A stretch of 61,610 nucleotides of DNA, counting the filler, from Circinaria calcarea (Eukaryota): the NCBI GenBank assembly GCA_051942165.1. It is 7 parts of 7 records of this genome, joined end to end, with 100 filler letters (N's around TTAATTAATTAA, not from the genome) between each part and the next. Parts side by side here need not be neighbours in the genome. Positions count along the whole stretch, not along the records: positions 35,276 to 43,988 come from JAVECS010001063.1; positions 44,089 to 52,800 come from JAVECS010001064.1; 5 more parts are not named here. One strand, written 5' to 3'. The position numbers and the translations under genes are program-made. The notes beneath the pieces were generated by a model. It searched no databases. It was not told the origin of the DNA and saw only the letters and a list, made by a program, of their open reading frames with translations. Positions 36,728-51,400 of the stretch are shown here, piece by piece; the first letter of the stretch is position 1; each line of letters begins with the position of its first letter.

Positions 36728-39700
36728 GAGCAAGTAGTGTCTGAGATGAATTCTTTGCTGTTGTGGATTAAAAAGGTACGTCCGTTCATCTCTTTATATA
36801 TAGAAGACAAATGAGTGTCCCAGGTCGCTCGATAGCAAGTCACAATAGTGACATTGCGAGCCATAGAGATGGCAACTGCCACCCCCATCAGCGTCTGATG
36901 CAACTGGGTAGTATGGCAAGTCTCCGAAACTTAGGAGAAGCTGGACCACGGAGAGTCCTCCAGCCGCAATGAATCACGGGTTTGCATCTTCACCGAAGCA
37001 AAGACGCAACTACGATTGGGCAGGCGGTAATCGTAGCTGAGCTCCATCACGGCAGATGCTTGTCGTAGATACTGGAGCAGCGGATGAGTTGTGTCTGAAG
37101 TCGAGTCTGCCGCGACGGCTCCGGTCCTATTCCGCGGCAAACATGCCGAATGTAGCTTGGAAACCAAACGTTCAACAGACTAAGAATCTCATGCCGTACG
37201 GCTCGAACAGTTGGCCCCTGCTCAGCTATCCTTCCAAGCTTCCCATGGCGGACTACTGTTGGAATCCGAATGCCCTCAGGTATGGTGGGATGCAGCGTAT
37301 GTCGCCAAGATGCAAAGGCACAGTCCATGCTGCGGCCGTCTATAACTGCTTGTGCAAAATAATAAGGCGTAGATGCCACAAGACATTAGATCCGATCTTG
37401 CAACCACCAGGGAGATGCACAAGTACAGATGGGGTGACAGTCCGAGATGCAAACAAGTTGAAGGAAGAGTAGCTCACACGACCCTGGCATATGTACCCGA
37501 GGCAGCGGGTTCAGAAATGGTCGGCCTTGGCTCGATCGGTTCGCCTTGCCGTCTCCTAGCGTTGAGCTTAAATTACCGTGCTCCTCCATGCCGCAATGGG
37601 GCTGACCGGAGTGGCTTGACCCTAGCCTTCCAATCTGGTACATGTGCACACGATGAAAACATCTTCAGTGACAACAACTCTAACAGAATGTTACTTCGCT
37701 CAACGGTAAACCAACCAGTTTTATGCCCCAGTTCTACTTTGAGAAGCATATCTCCGCAGTTATCGTGGAAGTCTGTGTCAGCTTAAATTTCCACTTCCAA
37801 AAGTGGTGTGGGCCGGAATGCTATACGGATAGCGTACGCAGGATGAAAACACGGAATCATAGTAGACCTTTTTGCTCAGCTCCGGTATCAACCGTATAAT
37901 GGACCGAACAGGAGAAGTCGCCGTCGGCAGCGACATATTGGATTAAGAATAGTGTCTATTACTTTAGGAGAGGATTCTCAATACGACACTAGCAAATAAT
38001 TCGGCGAACGGCCATTTATTTTTAGTTCTGATTTATTACGCCCTATGTAATACTACTCCCATCGTGTATGTTGTAGAGAATTAGCTCTGGAAATTGGGGA
38101 ATATTATCAGGTTCTTTAGCTAATTGAATGGAAGCTACACATAGGCTCAGACGTATGGTGACTCTATCGAATTTTGCACAGGGTGGTCAAGGATCCGAGG
38201 TCTGATGCAATTAGAACGATATTGTAACGATTGGACAAGTCTATCTAGGATGCCGTGTGGCTTTTGAGTTATATAAAACGCAAACGAGTATGGTACTAGC
38301 CCCTTGACAGAGATAAATGGTATGTCCAAATTTCTTGCCTCCCCCCTTTTCTCTCTTCCAAAAAAATCCACGTGGGTAGCGTCGTTGCCCCGCAATCAAA
38401 GGGTTGAAGGCCGACGTTTACGATAGTTGAGCTTAGGAAAGTGAGACTAGAATAGGATCAACATAGAGAGCAAGTTCGAAACACACATAGAGCCTAACCT
38501 TTCCTCATGCTCTCCGGTTATGCGCTATCGAGCCTCGCGATTTGTTTGTTGCGGTTGATTCTCCCTTGCTCGACCGGCTTCGACAGCTTGATCCAAGGGG
38601 TAAGCGCCCCACGGTATGCCATCAGGATGCGAGTTTGCCTTAAGTTCTCGAGGGTCCGGTGCTGCATATGCGGAGCCTGCAGCTTGTTGGTTCTCTGCAA
38701 TTCGTATATCATTTTCCCGCTCCTGCTTCTGTTTGTCTCCTGTCCGGGAGGATCGCAGTCAGCTCTGCGCTTGGAGCACCAAGGGATCACCTACTAAACC
38801 TGCGTTGGGACCTTCGATTCTGTAGCTTACGTCTCTCTGATGGGTCTTCTTTATCTTGGTGGTTGTCGTCCTTATTGTAAGATGCACCCATGTCATTCTC
38901 CAGTTGCCCTGACCGCAGCTTCGCGGACATATTGCTAAGTGTTGTTTAAAAGGGAATTGTGGAGGGACGGAAAGAGCCAGTAGATGTTTCGATAGCGATC
39001 GGACCAGGTTGAATGGAGTACTGCTGCTCCTATATAGTCGCTCTGTAGAGGATCCTGCTACACGTAATGCGTCGATCGAATCGGCAGTGTCAATTATGAC
39101 AAATGTAGTGATTGTGGGATTTGAAGCAACCTGCTTGGAACAGTATGACCCACAATCGTAACGGATTCGTGTTTTGGGTAAGACATCCCTTCTCCCAGCT
39201 GTGTCGCTGCATGCTGTACGGCTCTGAGAGGGACAGCCATGATATCATAGTAAGGAAGCAGCCGCAAACCGTTGAGGCACACATGGGTATTTGTGTGTAT
39301 AACTGCATTGACTCCACAGTCCGCGTGGCGCGTATATCAGCTTTCCGGATACTACAGCTTCTTGTAAGAGATTTCACATAGTCCTAACTTTCAAGAGAAA
39401 CGATTGGCAGATCAGGTTGAAGAGCAAAAACCACCAACCGGAAAGGTTTATGGAAAGGTTCTGGTCACAGCCGCAAGCTAAACGGACGTTGGTCATGGTG
39501 AAGGCGGACAGAGGTCATTCAACTATCGAAAAGCTAGCACCAAAGCTAGGAATAAGTGTGAAATCTCACCCAATAGAAAAGAGCCTGCACTCAACAAGAA
39601 TGAGAAACATGACTGCGGAAAGTGCTGCCAGCCCTATGAGGCAGTATTTGACATTGCTAGGGATTACCAGGAACCTAGTATTGTCACTAGTAGTGATTTG

Positions 39701-42700
39701 CCATGGTGTTTGCTGTATTGCTATTAGGCCCTCTTTACCTGGATACCTTGGAAGTGACAGTTTTCTTGGAGTAACTGGAAGAGAGGTGGGTTACTCATGG
39801 GCCCCTTCCCAATGCCTCTCAATCTCAGCAACAAGGGCCCATGCTCACCAACCTGGATGACCTGGGACTTGACCCTCAACCGTGTCTATCGAGTGACCAC
39901 AGCCACTGTAGCTATGAAACCGGCGTAGAATGCTGTCGTTGTAGCAGTTGATCTGACTGTCTATCAGCACAGCTTAGCTATCGAGTCAGCGCAGAACATC
40001 CACAGCTGGTCATGGAACCGGTAACGCGGCTTGACTTTCCTCCATGGGGAGACTAAGTTCTGGAGATGAAGATAGACACTTTCTGATTGGCTGCAACCAA
40101 GCCGGAGTAGTTTCTAGCTTGGAAGAGTAGCGTCAATAGAAAGATCTTATCAGGCACTCAGGGAACCCGGCACCCTACCGTCCACTACACCATCTGCAGT
40201 AAGGTGTCGAGCGGCTACCGCCTCAATTAGCGCCTTGACGATAGGGCTGCATGTAGCTGTTTTTAGTCCGAGGCTAATCAACAGGAACTTCCTCACGTGA
40301 CTTGCCGTCATAGTTCTATGCGTGTACTTGTCTTAATGAGCCACAATCTAAGCGCGCCCAACGACTACCGGTTTTATCGCATTCATACAAACATAGGCTT
40401 TATGGTAGGTTAGAGTGCGGCTGCTACTCCCGGTGGCTATGGGTGCTGTGTATAAGTTGGAAGTATTTGGTGTTTCAGAGTCATCACACGGACCGGTGAA
40501 GCCAGAGTAAAGTTGAGCCTGGTTTGGGCGGCAAAGGATTCCAAGCACGAGGTACTCATAATAACATGGCCTTTTGTACCCGCGCCGTTTGGTGATCCGA
40601 TCTTGTCTTCAAGACACCTTCCTTCACCGATTACCTCCGAATCCGTTAGTTCCGTTCTACACTACTCCCGTGCATGGGTCTCGCTAACGATGCATGGGCA
40701 ATACTTCGATGGCAAATCGATCATCATCTCGGTGAGCTATCAACAATACCACCTCATTCAGTTTGTCGGGATTAGGATCAAGGTGTCAAAGGTTACGTAT
40801 GCTGGAAGTATACCACTGTAGTTGGTTGTTTGTTCGGAGTCCCCATAAACATGGCCATCCACCATGCAAGTGTGTGGCAGCTTTTGCGGCACACAAGATG
40901 TCTTGAAAGCTTAATGAGTGCAGTTTCTGTTTACATGTACAATTGGCCCCCTCAGCTGAGTCAATGATGTGGATCCAGATGGAGGAGGGACGGACTTTTC
41001 CGGAATGATCTACCGCGATTAGATCCACTGCCACGTGCGAAATTGCACGCGACCCTAGCACATCTTTAAAGGACGGGTCATCTTTCTTACCCTCTTACCA
41101 CACCTCATTGGCGGTTCATTCTTCATACATCTGGATGCAAACTCCTCCGAGCATGGAATGACATCTTCCGAGACCTGCCCCACGAATTTCATTCAACGGT
41201 ATTCTGTTGATGATGGGGCCCAGTCGAATGCCACCTTCTTACCCCGGCTCTCCTTCCCACGCTGCGGCCTCAGCTTACCTATCATGCTCTGACCCCCGAC
41301 TATCCTGCCACGTTATGATCCCTGGCTCTTGCCGTACTGACGGCAAGACTATTCTTTCTAGTCTTCGATGTTTTCTTTGCTTCCTCTCTCGGTCTGTGCA
41401 GGAATACGGCAAGGACTTACGAAAGCTGACGTTTCCCTTCTGCTGCCTGAGCTACACGAGTCTTTATCTGTAATCGAAGCAGAGGATCAATGCGGCATGA
41501 GTAATAATTTCTCAACATCACTGTCGGCAGGTACTTGCTCCTACCCAGCCCCTGTCATTCATAAATGCAAATCCTTTCATGTCAAATGCTGCAAAAGCAT
41601 CTCAACAGTCCCTGGCCTTCGATGGACGATTATATTTATGAATGGGTGTGGCCGCGTCACGGTGTGGCCATGTGCTCGATTCTCATAGCAGGATAGCATG
41701 GCCGCAGCAACAGGTTCTAGCGAGTTGGGAAGCCGTGTTTGATCTTGATCGGTGATCGAATGTTTGTTGGCTATCATAATGACTTGGGTTCGGTATGCCG
41801 GCGGGCTGGGAAAGGGTTCTTCTCTCCATCACATCATATTGGCATTGAAGCTGAATCCATCCCCCCGAGGTTGTCATTGAACCAAGTGCACAGGCAGGCC
41901 GGGCACACCAAAACCCGCCGAGCATACGTCTAACAATCGCACAGACCTTGGCAAAGACCACTGAACAGGGGGCTCCCCGAAAGATGATTCGCAAATGGTC
42001 GAAGAGACCCGGTGACACTCCTATCGGATGTCTCGAAGCCGAGCTGCCTTGCCGGTCGTTCGATCAAAGTACCACTCCATTCGGCTAGGCAGATATTCCC
42101 GCTCTACCTTGCCATGTTATGATCAGTAACATGGAGGGCAAACCCAGCTCCGATGCTACTAGTAAGTTCGATGCCGGCAAACTTCGTTGCCGCTGGCCAC
42201 CCTCCTCCAATTAGTCTCTCAGGTCATAACACCACACCACTTGCAGAGCTGTGCCTTTTTCATACGTGCCACTGCTGTCTAACCACACCATTAACTTTCT
42301 AGACAGTTGGTCGAGTAATGACGTTCACGGCGAGCTTTTCCGACCCCGTCAATTTCCCCCCATCTTACCTTCTTCAGCTGATTGCCTAGATTTTACATCA
42401 ATCGTCCATAGCGTGCTCTCGAATGATGATGAAGGCCGAAAGAATTGTTTCTTCGTTATCCATCAGTCTAACACACCAGTCTACCCATCCGTAGCTTTTT
42501 AGCTAGTATAGGAAACATGTGTGTTGGCTAGCTATTTTCATACTCATTCGTATTTCCCAGTAAAAAAAGCTTTCACAACTCCTACAACCCATTTTACACT
42601 ACTCCGATCATTATTCTACTTACGAACTCTGAAAGAAAGGTTAACGTGTGAAGTTACCCCTGATACCTCAAACATCGCCTACCAATCCTTAATCGATGCT

Positions 42701-43988
42701 TTAAGAGATTACCGTAGTCGCAATGCGATGAAACCCTACTCCCCAAGCCAATACTTAACGCCTTGATACGAGCATATCTGGCGACATACGACGAACAGCC
42801 TTCTGTGGTCCGATATATAATCTCCTACCGGCTCCAGTATCCCTGGGGTATGGTCAATCACCGTTGATGTATAAAATCTCGATTTGACTTTCCGGGCCAT
42901 CGACAAAGATATTACACCCTATCTTCCTATTGAAAAAAAACAAAAAACCACCGCAATTACACTCCTCCGGATTCCTCTCCTCCTCATAGACTGATCAGCA
43001 ATAATTCTGATTATGTACAGAGCCCTTCGACCGCCTTTCGACCGAGATACAACAGTACTTGCATCCTCTACAACTTTTTCTCCCTGTGGCGCCCTCTACC
43101 TCTACATATCCGATTTACCCAACCTCTACCTCAAGTCATTAATTTCCACATCTACATTTCAACCTCTCCCTCACGCCCGCCCCGAATAGCAAATACTCCA
43201 AACCCTTCTATTTGCCAGCAAAAATCCCCCACCGACAATGTTCAAACATTACACCACACGAGCGCCAATGCTTTCTCACACCCCCGTTTTCCATTACCCT
43301 CCACCTTACTCTACCCCCCTTAGTCTCTACGACCTTTGGCAATTTTTGTTCGCTGGCCGAATCCCCTTCTCATAAGAGCCCAACTCCTCCTCCTCCCCCT
43401 TTCCATCTGATTTCAGGACCCCTAGCCCTAGCCCTGACCCTAGCTCCCCCCGCTCCCAACTCCCATCCCGATATCGTGTCGGACATCCCCCCCCCAGTCG
43501 CAAGCGATGAGGGCATTTTTTGCGGCTTTAGGATTCGACTCTCTCCCCCAAGATTTCAGAGCCAGGAACTCACTCACTCACTTCGACGCGGGGGGCATGT
43601 GGAAAGCGGCAAAAACTTGCGCACGGGGTCCGTTTGTGTTCTTAGAATTTGGGGAGGAAGCTGATGAGTGTGCTTTTGGGTCCCTTATACCACTGCACTG
43701 TACCGCAAAGCGACTCGGGGCGAGATGCAGAGGAAGAGGGAGATGGGAGATGGAGATTTACACGAGTGAGGTAGCTTTTATTTAGGGGCTTTTCTTCTTC
43801 TTCTATCTTCTTTCTTCTTCTTCTACGGAGACTAGACTAAGACTGGTCCCCACCACACCACACCGATTCAATTCCATAAAACGAGAAAATACATCCCCCC
43901 AAAAAGCTCACGAGGGAGTGTATGAGGTGAACACATAAGATTTCCCCAAAAAGTCATTTATTTCCCCGACAAGATTCAACTCCTTTTC

Positions 43989-44088
43989 NNNNNNNNNNNN
44001 NNNNNNNNNNNNNNNNNNNNNNNNNNNNNNNNTTAATTAATTAANNNNNNNNNNNNNNNNNNNNNNNNNNNNNNNNNNNNNNNNNNNN
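43989..44088. other. artificial contig spacer
   Basis: N44-TTAATTAATTAA-N44. Confidence 0.99.
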
Positions 44089-44675
44089 GAGGAGGTAAAG
44101 AATAGCATCAAAGCTCAGAGGGCGCACGTCGATGAATTGATGTCTTCAAGGTTTGTCATTTGATTGAGGATTGGTCATGGGATACCCACTCATCCTACAC
44201 AAAAGGTGTGGAATTATCTACATGTGGCCCATGCTTCCTTTGGTTGGGTTCCGGGGAGGGTAGGATCATCTGATAGGGTTATGCTTATGGAGTTGTGTGG
44301 TTCCTTGCATGATGTCTTCAGCATCTGTCAGCTTGGCCGGGATCGCGGGAAGGCTACTATTACTCGGGTGCTTCCCACGTGTCGATATTAAAATTGGCAT
44401 GGTTCAAGACTTCATCATCCTAACTATTTCTAAGACGCTTTTCCAATAACCTTGCAGGGAAATCGACCTGGAAGCCCTCTGTCCGCTTCTTGTCCAGGGT
44501 ATTGAATAAGTAGGGCACAACGTAGACCAACAACTCAAATTTACCCCGAAGTGCAAGGTTGAAGCCAAGAAAGGCGTAGGAGTCCGTATTCACGCCCTTC
44601 TCTATACTAGATGGTACTGGTGTTATACTCGCTACGACGGGTGACTTGCTAGCTGAAAAATTGGGAATCAAGTCT

Positions 44676-47648
44676 TCAGCCAACGTGGCACTCGGATAGC
44701 TTCGCGACCACGTTCCAGAAGAAACCAGCAAGGTCGTCCGACGTCTCACGCTCTTCCTCTATCTCACTAAAGTCTCCTGTCAAACATGCAACGACTACAT
44801 CCCTATATAGACTCCCCATTTTAGCCCCTAGCTTCGGAGCGTATTTTGTTATTAGCAATCGGCGAAAGTCTTTTTCGTTCTCTAACTTGTGCTGAGCTCT
44901 AAATGCTGAGATGGGCTGGTAAAACCCTAACTCCAAAAGGATAACACCTACGCTGTAGTAGTCGTATGCTTTCTGAAAACGCGTGACGCTAGGTTTGTAG
45001 TCCGGATGATGGTAGTCAGTGCGAGGGTTATTATACTTATCGGTGTCCGAGTACCAAACTTCACCGTCTGGACGACTGTGGCGGAATCCTATAAGAAACG
45101 GGTCTCTCGCGGCGTTCCAAGTATCTGATGAGTCTTGGGGGAAGAATAAGATATTACATGATTGAATGTTTTTATGCAGCCAGCCGGCAGAATGCAACTC
45201 ATATAAGCTCCGAATAAGTGACTTAGCAATGTGGAATCTTTCTTCCAGCAGCATTGTGTAATCCTTTTTTTGTATGAATTCGAGTAAGGTCCTTGGCTCT
45301 TGCTCGAGGCTTGCGATGATGTCGGAGGGAAATGAGTATACAAAGCCAAAACCCTCGTGGTTTGATTCCTCGGTCGGGGGGAGAACGCCTAGACAGTTCA
45401 AGACATGAAAGCCTTTTGGCTTAGGACCATGAAGAAGTTCCGTTAGCGCTGCGACTTTTATTACTTTCTGCTCGTCCGATTGACCAGCCCATATGGGTGA
45501 ATATAACATCCATTCTATCAGTACGCACTGCCGGCCATGTACGTCAACAGGAGAAAGAGATAGAGACGGCTGCTGAATAGGCCGATACCAAGCCAGTTCA
45601 CGGTCCTGACCGAGAGTTTTGATCCTTTCAATTTGTGCGTCTCTTAGGATAAGCTTTTTCTGTTGCGAACTAGTGGTCTCGCTTTCCTTCCATAGTGCGT
45701 GCTCTAGTCTTCTCATGGCGGCATGCACTCCGATTCCTGAAAACGGCTCATTCAGCGTAGGTGCGTCCTCTTCTATCCTGTTCAAGTATGCACTGTCTTC
45801 CGTATCCAATAGTGATTGCCGCCATACTTGCTCCATACGTTCCTGATAGACGAGCGGCACTGCTTCCCACAGCTCTTGAACCTGTTTACGAACGTCCTCA
45901 TCAAACGGTGTACGCATCAGAACCGTATCTGATAATCTGCTAGCTATCTCATTGCTCGGGAATAGAGTGTAGGAGCGGAGCTTAGGATGTAGCTTTTCAA
46001 GGACGATGCGCAATGAGACGGCCATTGACGCGTTTTCCTTGAACAAAGCGCAGTCAATTTGATCTGTATACATACCAAGGACAATTCCCCAAGCTTTGAA
46101 TCTTTCCGCTTCAAACCATAAGTTCAAACGACCATATGGCGGAGTCTCTCGACTTGAGAGCTTGCTGGTCGTTACTGTTTTCTGGAACGCATCATCAGTA
46201 AGCCGAAACAACGCTTTGATGTGGATGTAGGATAGAATGCGGGAAACGCGTGCTATCTTTGGACGATCCTCATGGTTGACCTGGAGCATCACCCTTGCAG
46301 CTTCAACCAAACACCGAACTCCCCGGTCCTTCGGATTAGCTGAGAGCATTGTAAGCCACCTGGACACTGACACATTCAGTGTCTCCTTCTCAAAAAAGTA
46401 GTTATTGGTCCAAATCTTCTTGAGATCAGATCGTTCGCGTTCTTCGCGAAATTTCTTGACATGTGAGGGACCCCCTTCCATGTAAGTAGCGATCTCAGCA
46501 ATAAGACATCCAAGAGACCAGATGTCAATTGACCGGCCAACTTTCTTGCGATCAAAATTCTCGTCCATACACTCTGGGGCGATGTAATCTCCAACACCAG
46601 TCTTCCAACGAGTCTTCGAATCTTCATTCGCTGGCTTAAACCGTGCAAGGCCGAAGTCCGCTAAAATGAAGGTTGAAGAGGTAACGAGGATATTCTTGGG
46701 CCTGATATCGTGATGATACCCGATCCTCGTCAATGGACTCTGACGATTCGAGGCGTCCACGACTACATTGTGCACCATTCCAACAGCAGAAGCCAACCCG
46801 CTCAAGGCATCATAGAATGTCAAGTTTTCCCGAAACTCCCCGAACCTCTCATCCAGTTGAAGAAAGCTAGCGAGATCTTGAGGAAGTGATGGAAAGAGAA
46901 GATTATGCTCTCCCTTATGTGTGTAGCTTCCAAGGAGTTGGATAATGTTATCATGGCGAAGGCAACGAAGAACCTCGAGGCACTCCATCTCTCTTCTGAA
47001 GGCCTTGTCTGTAGCTTCTTGAGACTTGATCATCTTAAGTCGTTTGCGCACCACAATAAGTGAAGTTGTATCCTGTGCAGTACCTTTTAGTATTACATAA
47101 GTCCATGATGCATTATGCACTTAGGTACGTACGTTTTCAGAAAGCAATGTCTGTTGACCAAATGCGATGGTGCATTTAGATATCTCTCCTGAAGCCCCTT
47201 CTGCCTGTTTGACATCTTCGAGAAAGGGCAAAATCACCCTATCCTGTATTATACGATGGCCATCATTCATCCGGAACTCATGCGGCAGGAATTCCCACTG
47301 AACTTCTTTCCAGAATTGGTCCCGTACTTGTGGAGCTATCCGGTGCACCTGTCCCTCCTCCATTGGCAATCGCGAGTCTAATTCGTTGTGTTCTAGGAAG
47401 TGACATATTTGTTCTTCGTCGTGCATCCAAATCAAGATTGCAAACACTCGAAGGCCCTCCTCAAGTATCCTTGCCACGACCATGAAGCGGCGATGCTCAG
47501 GATAGTCGAATCCATCGATGACGTCCGAGACAAGCGTTTGGGTAACGCTCCGCTTGAGGTCCACATAAGAAACAAAATGGTGCCCGCTGGCCGACTCTTG
47601 ACGAAGGGAGGAGAGTATTTGATAGAGTCTGGTTGATGGATTCTCCAT
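44676..47648 (-). CDS. tandem kinase: Ser/Thr kinase + HeLo-like helical domain + C-terminal pseudokinase (~970 aa)
   Basis: Two exons (intron 47073-47132, GTACGT..CAG). Kinase 1: EGASGEI, VVRK, FRRE, HHDIRPKN, DFG, YIAPE, DIWSLGC. Middle: LWFEAERFKAWGIVLG (HeLo-like). C-terminal: WLHKNIQSCNILF, GFRHSRP, YHHPDY, YDYYSVGVILLELG (no catalytic Asp, no DFG). Confidence 0.85.
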
Positions 47649-48494
47649 GGGATTTACAGACTACTCTGCAAGGCAAATGATGTGTAGTGTCATGACTTCA
47701 GGGCCGGTACATATTACCAGTGCGCACGACCGGTACACCTCTAGCCAGAGGGAATATAATGCACCTTATACTTATTTCACGTATTCGGTCGAAAACACAT
47801 TTATCACGTATAGCGCTTGAATATCTATCATTCAAAACGAAAGTGAATGCAGCTACCGCAGGGTATTTACGCTTCAGCTGAATCTACCAAACTAATATTT
47901 CTGACGCTCTGTCCAAGCTAACTAGCCCTACTCATTTGAAGAAGAAATAGAATCGATTTCAGCCTCATAATCTATTAATGATCAAAATCTCACAATATTA
48001 TCTTGGATACTCACGGTAGTAAGCTTCCTCGGAGCATGAATTACGTATTCATTTTCCTCTTCCTAGTTACCGTCAGATCGATGGGACCGTAGTGGCTACG
48101 AACTCTCGTACCTTAACACCGTATTGGTCGCCGAACAATCGGCGTAGGAGCGCAAGTAAATCTTTACGCTCTATATAACGATTGTTGATTGTAAATTTCT
48201 CCATGGGATAGAGAGTCGACTGTTTTCAAGGAGTTCCAGTGGTGAGATGCTCGGTGGGGATAGTTCGCACAATGCTCGGCTTTATGGTTCGCCCCCCATT
48301 CTTTAACCTACCGTGTGTGGCTACATCGCTTATTTGAGTTATACCATATTTGGTTAGGCACCATTCTAACGACAACACATCTATTCAGCCTGTTACAGCT
48401 CCGAATTATTTCTAGCTCTGAACACCATTGTTATTTGCTCACATTGTTTTTAGAGATTGTCTCTCTGTTTGATATTTATTAACTGTCAGCTTAT

Positions 48495-51400
48495 ATGGCA
48501 CAAAGTGAACAAGAGACTGACAGTTGGTTGATTTCGAAGCCGCCCTGGGACTCAACGGCTTCGTCTCCATTCGTACCCCATGGGACATCGAAAGCTTTGA
48601 TATCACATGCAGGTGGCAATGGTTATAAACCTATACCGTCCAATTTCGCCCTACTTTCCAAATTATGCAGGACTTGCGTGTTGGCCGGACTAGACGATAT
48701 ACAATTTCCAACAGAGGATCGCTATGGAATTAGCCTAGGGGAAGGTACAACTTACAAAGTGGAGAAGAAAAGACTATGGGCGTCTTACGGGCAGAAAAGA
48801 ACTTGGGTGGCAGCAAAACGGGCAAAGTTCGTGGCGCCTAAGGGTTTGGAAGGAGACATCTATTTAAACAAGACAGAATATACTCGACTTAGGGCTGTAC
48901 TTCTAGAAGTCGAAATTCTGTCCCATCCACCAGTGAGGCAGCATCCTAACATTACACAAATATTGGGATTCTCATGGGACCAAGAAGCTTCAGGCTATGC
49001 TCCTGTTCTTGTTATGGAGTTAGCAGCTTTTGGAAGTGTTAAGTCACTGCTCGAAAATGAAGTCCTTTCAGATGCCGAAAAGAAAGCCCTATGCGCCGAC
49101 ATCGCCAGTGGGCTCGAAGTACTCCATGCATGTATGATTGTACATGGCGATGTCAAACAAGAGAACGTTCTCGTCTTCCCACATCCTGACCAGCGATTCG
49201 TTGCAAAGCTTTCTGACTTTGAGCTTGCATTGTTGGATAGCGATGTAGGTTGCTACAAGGGAACGCCAATTTACAATGCACCGGAAGTTCATTTACAGCA
49301 GCGTTGTCAAGTCCAAGCATTAGAAACGAGTTACACGATCCCGCCGGCACAGCTTCCATTATGTGATGTGTTCTCATTCGGTCTCCTAGCTTTTGAAATA
49401 CTATCTAACGGACGACGTTATTACGAGTTCTCAGAAAGTAAAGCTTTTCAGCAGGAGCTGACTAGCGAGAACAGTGGTAGGCAATTCTCTAACGAGAATA
49501 GCGATGATGTAAGCATTAAGCTAATTGAGATTTATCAATTTTAGAGAAGCAGGACATCGTATTATTAGCATTAAAATTCTTGATGGAGGTTAATATTCTC
49601 CCACCAAGTCTGATAAAGCTCTGTCAAGATATTTTTTCTTGCACACTTCAATACTACCCATTACAACGGCTCAAAGGAGGCTGGTCATCAATTAAAACGG
49701 TTTTTGGTAGACAGAGGTACGCTAGAAGTCTGTGGCCAATTTTTTCGACCAAAGGCTCAATTATAGCTTCTAGCACCATCATAAACGCGTTAAGACCTTT
49801 ATCACTTGCTACGACCCAAGGTGGATTTACATCTTCATATTCAGTAAGTCTGACCACTAATACTTTGTCTCGTCATCTGAAGTGTAGTATCTCTTATGTG
49901 TAGACGCAGTTTCAAAAATATAAAAAATGCTTACCTTGCTTTGTGTCATTGGTCCAAAAATAAGGAAGCCATATAAAAGTCGCTGATGCTTCTCAAGGTC
50001 CTAGCATTCTGTTATGAAATACTCGCCTTACGAAAAGAAATCCTCGGAGAGCAGATGTGGGCAGAATTGAGGTATTTCGCCGAAAACGGGGCCACTCCTG
50101 AGCAATGTGGGAGAGCTCATTTCGACCTCTTTATTCTCTACACCCTTGGTAGATCTGCTCCGTCTCTAGGTCTCCATGAGGCTATGAATTGGATGGCGGC
50201 ATCAGCGCTGTTCGGCTACGCACCGGCACTCATGATAGGAAAAAGGGTATTTCAAGCGAATAACCTCCCTATACCAAGCGTGTTCTCTGATGGATCGAGT
50301 CATAAGAGTTTGCATGCGCAGATTGCTTATTTAGAAACTCTACCGGCAGTGGAGTTCTACTCCAACGCGGTTCGGATTTTCTGGACTGAAGAGATGTGTG
50401 GCACTATTCTGAATCTTCTTCCCCCAGGCAAACCAAGTTTTTCTCCTGATGATCTGGAGACATGGATCCGGAAGAGTTGGAATGAGATGGGCCATCGAAA
50501 ATTCTCTGCTTTCGCAGAAGAAGGCTTTTTGCTTCACCATGCAGTGTCACTTCGACACTATGAAGCAACAAAGCTGCTAATAGACTATGGGTGCCGCGTT
50601 GACATTCTGACACCAAATCATCTAACGCCTCTCCATCTCGCATGCCGATGTGGCTGTATCAGCCTTATTCACCTTTTGCTTTCTTATGGTGCGGATGCGT
50701 CGCTCAATGACACGGATAACATATCTCCCTTGCATTGGCTAGTCCTGTTATCAGGCCATGAAATTCCTGCAGTTGCTTTTGCCTTGGTAAAAAACGGTGC
50801 CAATATTGATAGTCGGATGAATGATAAGAGGCATTTGTTTTTTGATGCCCTGGGACTGATGCTACTAGCAACCCCCCTTTTTTGGGCATGCACGTGCCGT
50901 AACCATGTTGCCGTCACGACTCTGTTATCTCTCGGTGCAAACCCAGATGGTCTAGCTCAGAGCAGCCGCGGTGAAGGTCAAAAACAGCATGAGTGCACAT
51001 TGATAGCAGCCGGGACCGTGTGTGCGGATATCCTTGAGCTTCTCCTCGAACATACCGATGTTCCACGTACATATTCAGCAGCAGACAAGGAGGAACTATA
51101 TGGGATTATTGGCGGAGGCATCTCCAATAACCTCCTACGATGGTGTATGCATGGCTCCGCTTACGAGGAAGCTTTCTCCAAAGTTATCGATACTCTCATC
51201 CGCTACGAAATATCTTTACCACGCCATCCGTTAGCAACCTTGAGCAATCAGGCTACTTATACTCCACTTGCCAGAGCAGCAATTAGTTTTAATATCCCGC
51301 TAGTCAAAGCGCTCCTTCAACAGGGAGCGAATACTAATGACCGTAGCTATTACAATGGTGCGACTGCATTGTCGTTAGCACTAGATGCTTGTGTAGCGGA

